A stretch of DNA of 64,000 nt, taken from the NCBI RefSeq assembly GCF_009914755.1, contig NC_060934.1. One strand, given 5' to 3'. Source of the DNA: the human T2T-CHM13v2.0 reference genome, Homo sapiens. The translations under genes and the position numbers were made by a program. Every line of letters begins with the position of its first letter. Position 1 is the first letter of the stretch. The notes below the pieces were generated by a model. The model had not been told where the DNA came from, ran no database searches, and worked only from the letters and a program-made list of their open reading frames with translations. Positions 56,816 through 64,000 of the stretch are shown here, piece after piece.

Positions 56816-57384
56816 CTAATATAGATGCTCAATAAATGGATTTTGATTATATGCCCAGTTTATATTTTGGGGCTCTAATCCATACAACCCATACTTAAGG
56901 ATAGATCCTCTTGACTACATCCATCATAATTGATACGAAAAGTACAGCTAGGAGGTGCACCCAAATGGGTCCTTACCCTCTCATAGGGAGCAAGACAGAA
57001 CCAGATGCTTTTCTTTCATATATCCATAGAAGTGTTGGTATTACTGGATACTGGCTTAAAAAAAACTGTATACTTTTAGCTAAAATTTCTTGGCTTATTA
57101 GGCATGTTAGGAATAATTTAATAGTATTTAATATTATTTATAATTTAATGACATTTAATGGCAAATATACAAAATTAAGCAATTATGTTACAGAATTATA
57201 TTTTATTTAAAATTATTTATTCCTTGATTAAATGAATATTTACTAAATTCATGCTGAAAACACCATGATGCAGCATTTAATTAGAGCACAGAAGGAAGGA
57301 TTTGGACAGGCAGATTTAGTAGGGCAGGTTATTCCAAGCAGAAAAACAGCCTAAGGAAGGGATTCTGGAAAACTGACTACTAGA

Positions 57385-57572
57385 GGAAAGCAGGTAAAAA
57401 TGTTGCCTATCTTTGGTAGAGCTGACAACTCCATGAACAAAAGGCCACTGGGACTTATTAATCAAACTGGAGACTGTATCTACTGTGAAAACAGCCTCAG
57501 CAATAGAAGTTGAACCTTGAAAACTGGATAGGAAAGCATTGAAAATACAAAATACTAAATGCAAAAAATAAA
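57385..57572 (+). repeat. Local duplication, donor copy (188 bp)
   Basis: 184/188 identical to 56050-56237. Confidence 0.97.
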
Positions 57573-58839
57573 TTGATTTTGGCCCAAAAATGAAAATCTA
57601 CCAATTTACTTCTTTGTCCTTGTTTATATCCCACCTCTATCCAGAAGAGAAACTTTGAAAATCTAGGATAAATCCTTTTTTTCTTCTATATACCACTGTA
57701 TCCACCATTTAGGCATTTTTGTGAGGTCCGTTACTATATGGACTAGTACTAAATACTGGTCAAGAAAGAGATGTGCAGCCTGGATGAAAAGGAAGGACCG
57801 TTTTCTGCAGAGGCTTTTTCCCCTCACTAAGAAATGGAATATAATCAAATTCCTCTAAAAGGAACGGAACACAAGGACATCCTGCTCTACTCTGTCTCCA
57901 GCCCTAATGATAGAATGAATGTCTCCCTTCCTTCCTGTGTTGTAGAGATTATTAGGTCAAATTCTGGTGTTCAACATGAGATATATAATACCCAGCATTA
58001 GCGTGAGGCAGAGGTTCTCAAACTTTAGAAATTTAGTCAATTTTCTGTTATCTTCATATTTGCCATATCCACTTAGGATCTTTTCTATTGTCAACTTAAA
58101 TTTTTCTTTGGAGTAACTTAAAGTGTTACAAAAAAGCACCTTACTTTTTAATGTAAATACTTATATTTACTTCACCTAGGGTAAAAACATCTGTAAAATC
58201 TCAGGTCTGATATGCTAGTTATACTTTTTAATCCATAGGAAATTAAATTTGCCCCCTATCACTCAGAGCAACCAGTGGTACATAGACAATATTTTGAGCA
58301 ATGATAATTTCAATTCACCTCTGTCTCTTGCCATAGCTGACTAGAATATCTAAGAAAATATCCGGAAAATGCTAAGAAAACTACAGCAAGTTCTAGATAT
58401 TATTTCTTATCAATTCGGAGTACGAAGCTGTCATGTTCATCACTGACTCTCAGTAACTAGAACAGTTTCTGGCAAGTGGTAACTTCTCAGTAAACTTGTA
58501 TGAATAAACTTATGAATAATTGAAGACCCAAAGATTTATTTACTTCCTATCTTTTTACTCAGCAAATTTCAGAATGTGGCTTCCGTTGAAGGGACACTAA
58601 GCAGCATCTGCTTGCTCTGTTTAGAAGGTGAAGAAGAGAAGGCTAAACTTGACCACACTTGGTCATCTTAGAGCCATCACGGTTACAAGGGCCCCTATTT
58701 AACTTTACTTAATGCTGGAGTTTTGTTTCCCAAAGCATAGGACGTATAATTTTATGTGGTATATGAATTGATTTCACATGGTTCATGAATATGGTATTAA
58801 ATAACACTTGAATCCCATAGAGGAAGTTACTCTAGTTTC

Positions 58840-60687
58840 TTTTTTTAATTTGTATTTGTTTATTTTTATTTTACACTAATTTCCTGGATACATATGCAGA
58901 ACATGCAGGTTTGTTACATAGGTATACACGTGCCATGGTGGTTTGCTGCACCTATTGACCCATCCTCTAAGTTGCCTTCCCTCACCCTCCACCCTGCAAC
59001 AGGCCCTGGTGTGTGTTGTTTACCTCCCTGTGTCCATGTGTTCTCATTGCTCAACTCCCACTTATGAGTGGGAACATGTGGTGTTTGGTTTTCTGTTACT
59101 GTGTTAGTTTGCTGAGTATGATGGCTTTCAGCTTCATCCATGCCCCTGAAAAGGACATGATCTCATTCCTTTTTATGCATCGAATACTGCATAGTATTCG
59201 ATGGTATTTATGTACCACTTTTTCTTTATCCAGTCTGTCATTGATGGGCATTTGGGTTGGTTCCATGTCTTTGCTATTGTAAATAGTGTTGCAATAAACA
59301 TACAGGTGCATGTGTCTTTATAGTAGAATGATTTCTATTCTTTTGGGTATATACCAGTAATGGGATTGCTGGGTCAAATGGTATTTCTCGTTCTAGATCT
59401 TTGAGGAATCACCATACTGTCTTCCTCAATGGTTGAGCTAATTTACATTCCCACCAACAGTTTGTAAAAGCATTCCTACTTCTTCACAGCCTTGACAGCA
59501 TCTATTCTTGACTTTTTAATAATCTCCATTCTGACTGGCATGAAATGGTATCTCATTGCAGTTTTGATTTGTATTTCTCTAATGATCAGTGATTTTGAGC
59601 TTTTTTTCATATGTTTTTTGGCCACATAAATGTCTTCTTTTGAAAAGTGTCTGTTCATATCCTTTGCCTACTTTTTGATGGAGTTGTTTCTTATCAATTT
59701 TTTTAAGTTCCTTGTAAATTCCTCATATTAGACCTTTGTCAGATGTGTAGATTGCAAAAATTTTCTCCCATTCTGTATGTTGTGTGTTCACTCTGATGTT
59801 TTTTTTTTTTCTGCTGTGCAGAAGTTCTTTAGTTTAATTAGATCCTATTTGTCAATTATGGCTTTTGTTGCAATTGCTTTTGGTGTTTTCATCATGAAGT
59901 CTTTGCCCATGCCTATGTCCTGAATGGTATTGCCTCAGTTTTCTTATAGGGTTTTTATGGTTTTGGGTTTTACATTTAAGTCTTTCATCCATCTTGAGTT
60001 AATTGTGAATGGGAGTTCATTCATGATTTGGCTCTCTGCTTGTCTAGGGTGTAAAGGAATGTTTGTGATTTTTGCACATTGATTTTGTATCCTGAGACTT
60101 TGCTGAAGTTGCTTATCAGCTTAAGGAATGTTTGGGCTGAGATGACGGGGTTTTCTAAATATAGAATCATGTTGTCTGCAAACAGAGACAATTTGACTTC
60201 CTCTCTTCCTTTCTGAATACTCTTTATTTCTTTCTTTTGCCTGATTGCCCTGGCCAGAACTTCCAATACTATGTCGAATAGGAATGATGAGAGAGGGCGT
60301 CTTTGTCTTGTGCCGGTTTTCAAAGGCAATGCTTCCAACTTTTGCCCATTCAGTGTGATACTGGCTGTGGGTTTGTCATAAATAGCTCTTATTATTTTGA
60401 GGTATGTTCCATCAATATCAGTTTATTGAGAGTTTTTAACATGAAGGGATGTTGAATTTTATCATAGGCCTTTTCCGGATCTATTAAGATAATCATGTCG
60501 TTTTTGTCTTTGGTTCTGTTTATGTGATAGATTACATTTACTGATTTGCATATGTTGAACTAGCCTTGCATCCCAAGGATGAAGCTGACTTGATCGTGGT
60601 GGATAAGTTTTTTGATGCGCTGCTGGATTCGGTTTGCCAGTATTTTATTGAGGATTTTCACACTGATGTTCATTAGGGATATTGGCC
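58840..60687 (-). mobile_element. L1PA8-like 3' segment with an internal deletion
   Basis: 3'UTR and ORF2 on the minus strand (ORF 60021-60338 [24 protein letters not shown]). Confidence 0.95.
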
Positions 60688-61367
60688 CACATTAGAAAGC
60701 TAGAAAGATCTCAAATTGACACCCTAACATCACAATAAAAGAGCTAGAGAAGCAAGAGCAAAGTGATCCAAAAGCTGTCAGAAGACAAGAAATAATTAAG
60801 ATCAGAGCAGAACTGAAGGAGATAGAGATCCAAAAACCCTCCAAAAACTTAATGAATCCTGAACCTGTCTTTTTGAAAAGATTAACAAAATACATGGACC
60901 ACTAACTAGACTAATAAAGAAGAAAAGAGAGAAGAATCAAATAGTCACAATAAAAAATGATAAAGGAGATATCACCACTGACTCCACAGAAATACAAACT
61001 ACCATCAGAGAATACTGTAAATACCTCTACGCAAATAAACTAGAAAATCTAGAAGAAATTGATAAATTCCTGGACATATACATCCTCCCAAGACTAAACC
61101 AGGAAGAAGTCGAATCCCTGAATAGACCGATAACAAGTTCTGAAATTGAGGCAGTAATTAATAGCCTACCAACCAAAAAAAAAACCATGACCAGATGGAT
61201 TCACAGCTGAATTCTACCAGAGGTACAAAGAATAACTGGTACCCTTCTTTCTGAAACTCTTCCAAACAATTGAAAAGGAGGGACTCCTCCCTAACTCATT
61301 TTATGAAGCCAACATCATCCTGATGCCAAAACCTGGCAGAGACACAACAAAAAATGAAAACTTCAGG
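60685..61367 (+). mobile_element. Inverted 5' segment of the same L1 (twin priming)
   Basis: Plus-strand ORF2 ending gaaaacttcagg; TSD aggaagtta(c/t)tctagtttc at 58821-58839 and 61365-61383. Confidence 0.93.
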
Positions 61368-61539
61368 AAGTTATTCTAGTTTCAATCCTCCGTGAATTCT
61401 ATTTGCATCAAATAAACACTTGGTTTGGCACTAGGTGATTATCTCTCAAAAACTTCACCAAGCAGGCAACAATATGTAATTATATTTAAATAGTATTGTT
61501 TTGTTTGTCATTTGTATCTATGTTTACAGAGTAATATAC

Positions 61540-61780
61540 TACAGTAGTTAGGCATTACAGGCTTTGAAGTCACTCAGCTTGAATTAAAAAAATACAGGTT
61601 TGCTAACTATTGACTGATTTCTTGGGTAGGTTTCTTCTGTGTCTCTTTGCTGTCATTTGTATATGGGTCTAATAATGGTACCTACTTAATGGGGTTCATG
61701 TGAGGATCAAAGACCTAATTCATGAAAAATAATATAGTATGAAGCACTAGAAAATATTCAATAAATGTCAGCTATTGTAC
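61540..61780 (-). mobile_element. MIR
   Basis: ggctttgaagtca...ataatggtacctac...tcaataaatgtcagctatt. Confidence 0.7.
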
Positions 61781-63009
61781 TTACTTTTAGGAGGTGATAA
61801 TGGTTTCCCATTATAGGAAGGAGTTAACTTTATGTTTAAACAAAATTTGAGAAGTAAAAAAAAAGTGGTCAATGTGGAGAAAAATATTATAGTATAGCTA
61901 GTAGAAGGCTATAGCTAAAATTCTTATGGTGGTGACTAAATTTTGGAAAGTGCTATGCTAGGCTGTTAGTTATAAATGAGTTAACCAGTTCTGGTAGGGC
62001 CACCAAGAGGCAGCGCCTTCCAAATCAAATGTTCCATGGAAATACTCTAAAATTTCTTAGTGACCAGTGAACTTAGCACATAACTTGGCACATGGCATGC
62101 ACTCCATAAATATTTGTTGAATGATGAATTAATGCATTTAACTGACATGCAGACCAATAGAATCTTCTTGGCTAAAACCCACCTTTTCTATTTTACTTTT
62201 TAAGGAAAATATTGAGCCTATTTTCAGCCATCCCATAGCCTAACTCTATGCAGACTGAGGGTGGATTTTTTTAGTCATAATAAATGGCAACTTTGCCAAC
62301 TGTACATTAATATTCAAAGCATATGAATTTTCTTGCAAGCAGCAGCATCAACAGAATATCTTCATGGCTGACTCACTAGAGAGCTCTGTCTCAAAATATT
62401 ACTTGCAGAATTGTTGCTACAATCTTAGCTGAGATTATTAACAGTTGAAGAAATTGAAGACATACTACCTCTCTCTACTTTTCTATGAATTCCAAGTTCT
62501 ATTCTCAGACCAGATAAAACCAATAGATGACTATTTACCTGAATCTCATTACTTAATATCCTGTACATATGTCTTCACTGAGCTTTTCTGTTACACCTCT
62601 GAAGTTTATTAATAGTATTAGGCATGACCTTTATATAGGGCATGCTATTGAATATTTTGTAAAAAAAAATCCATGTTCAAAAACATTTTTTGTTGTGAAA
62701 TATCTCTTATATAAGAACCTGCTGTACAAATTCTTTTTAGAAAATGAATGAGCGTCCTTCGTTCTATTATAAAACGAAATTTATTTGACTGACTGAATTT
62801 CCTTTTTACTCCTGAGTGATGGAAAGCTTGAAACTTAAGTTAATGTCCTTTTACAGTAGCACATATTAGCTTGGGTTCTTAAGGGAATATATGCTTCCTA
62901 TCACCATGACTTTTATTTTAAATTTCTATTTTAATAATATGTTTTCTAGATTTTTTTTGTAAGCCATCTATAATCTTACTTGGAAGCAAGAAGTACTAGA
63001 AAGCAGTTT

Positions 63010-63220
63010 AGGTAGTTTAGAAAAAATGCACACTCAAACTCTCTGTGTTCAAATCCTAGCTCCATTGCTTCTCAGCTGCTATCTTGACATTTTGTTTAAT
63101 CTTTCAATGCCTCTTTTTCTTATCGATAAAGTGGGAACAAAAATAGGCCCCATCTCATAAGTTTATTGGCAGGATTATATCAGTTAATGTTTAGTATAGT
63201 GCTTGGCAAATCATAACTGA
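63010..63220 (-). mobile_element. MIR
   Basis: gttcaaatcctagctcc...tagtgcttggca. Confidence 0.6.
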
Positions 63221-63664
63221 AAAGAAATATTAGGTATATTTCAAAACTAAGGAATGTGACAAATAATAAGTAGGATATAATCATTATGAAGAATAAACTG
63301 ATAAAGAATCGATATAGCTAAAAATTAAATGTGCAGTTTTCTCACTTCCAAAACTAACATACCAATTTTTTGTAGGATTGTGATTTGCCCAGGCCTGTGT
63401 TCTAGTAGCAGATATGCAATGAGGGAGGGTACGTTCAGGGCAGGTTTCATGCAACCTTTAATTTATTCAGTGTCTATTATGTTCTTCACATGATGCTGTG
63501 GGCTGTGGGGATACAGAAATAAACAAAACAAAGTCTTAGCCAAATGGATAACTTTCTAGGTTTAAGGCGGTCTAAGAGAAAAAGGTTAACTTCAGGGAGA
63601 AATAAAATCCAAACCTCAGAGAATGCTAATATAGAGTAATTCCAAGAGAAATTATGTGACCTGG

Positions 63665-63815
63665 AACTTCCACTTCCAGCTGAGATAGAATTACAAGAAA
63701 CAGAATTACCCTCTTGACTTAAACAACTGAAAACCTGGACAAAATATACAAGACGTTTCAAATCTTTGACAACAGCCAGCACAGTGCTGTGATCACTGAG
63801 AAAAGAAAAACAAAC
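63665..63815 (+). mobile_element. L1M 5' end fragment
   Basis: acttccacttccagc...aaacaactgaaaacctggacaaaatata. Confidence 0.6.
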
Positions 63816-64000
63816 TTCTCCAACGTATTGCCTGGAAGTCGTTCCTAAGTTATAGCCAATGTACAGAATGCTATAGGAGGATATAATAAAGAGATCTATT
63901 TTTTTTCCTGGGAGTCATGAAAGGCCTCCTTGAGGAAATGATGTTTATGCTGAGACTTGAAAGATTTAGTTATTCACTCAGCAAGTACTGTTGAGCATCT

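Noticed and set aside
55987-57564. Two similar ORFs (55987-56247, 57316-57564) as paralogous genes
   Set aside because: The similarity is only the 188-bp duplication; there is no splice or protein-family support.

Overview
AT-rich, CpG-depleted primate (hominoid-type) genomic DNA with AluJ/S/Y and L1PA elements, dominated by interspersed repeats. It is probably the inside of a large intron or intergenic. No intact protein-coding gene is supported: the ORF track is Alu-, L1- or ERV-derived, or chance. Main content: (1) an old L1ME hosting an LTR33-like LTR, itself hit by a young L1PA, and a decayed ERV1-class provirus (5' LTR, Leu PBS, gag-pro-pol, truncated in integrase) that carries three DNA-transposon insertions; (2) many Alu, MIR, L2, MLT and MER fragments; (3) a twin-primed L1PA8-like insertion. 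The most unusual items are a degenerate ~49-bp tandem array (17.5-18.3 kb) whose consensus resembles a tRNA(Ala)-like D-arm-to-T-arm core, and a run of five short local templated duplications plus several template-switch hairpins. Repeat subfamily names are recalled from consensus sequences by eye, and boundaries are approximate.
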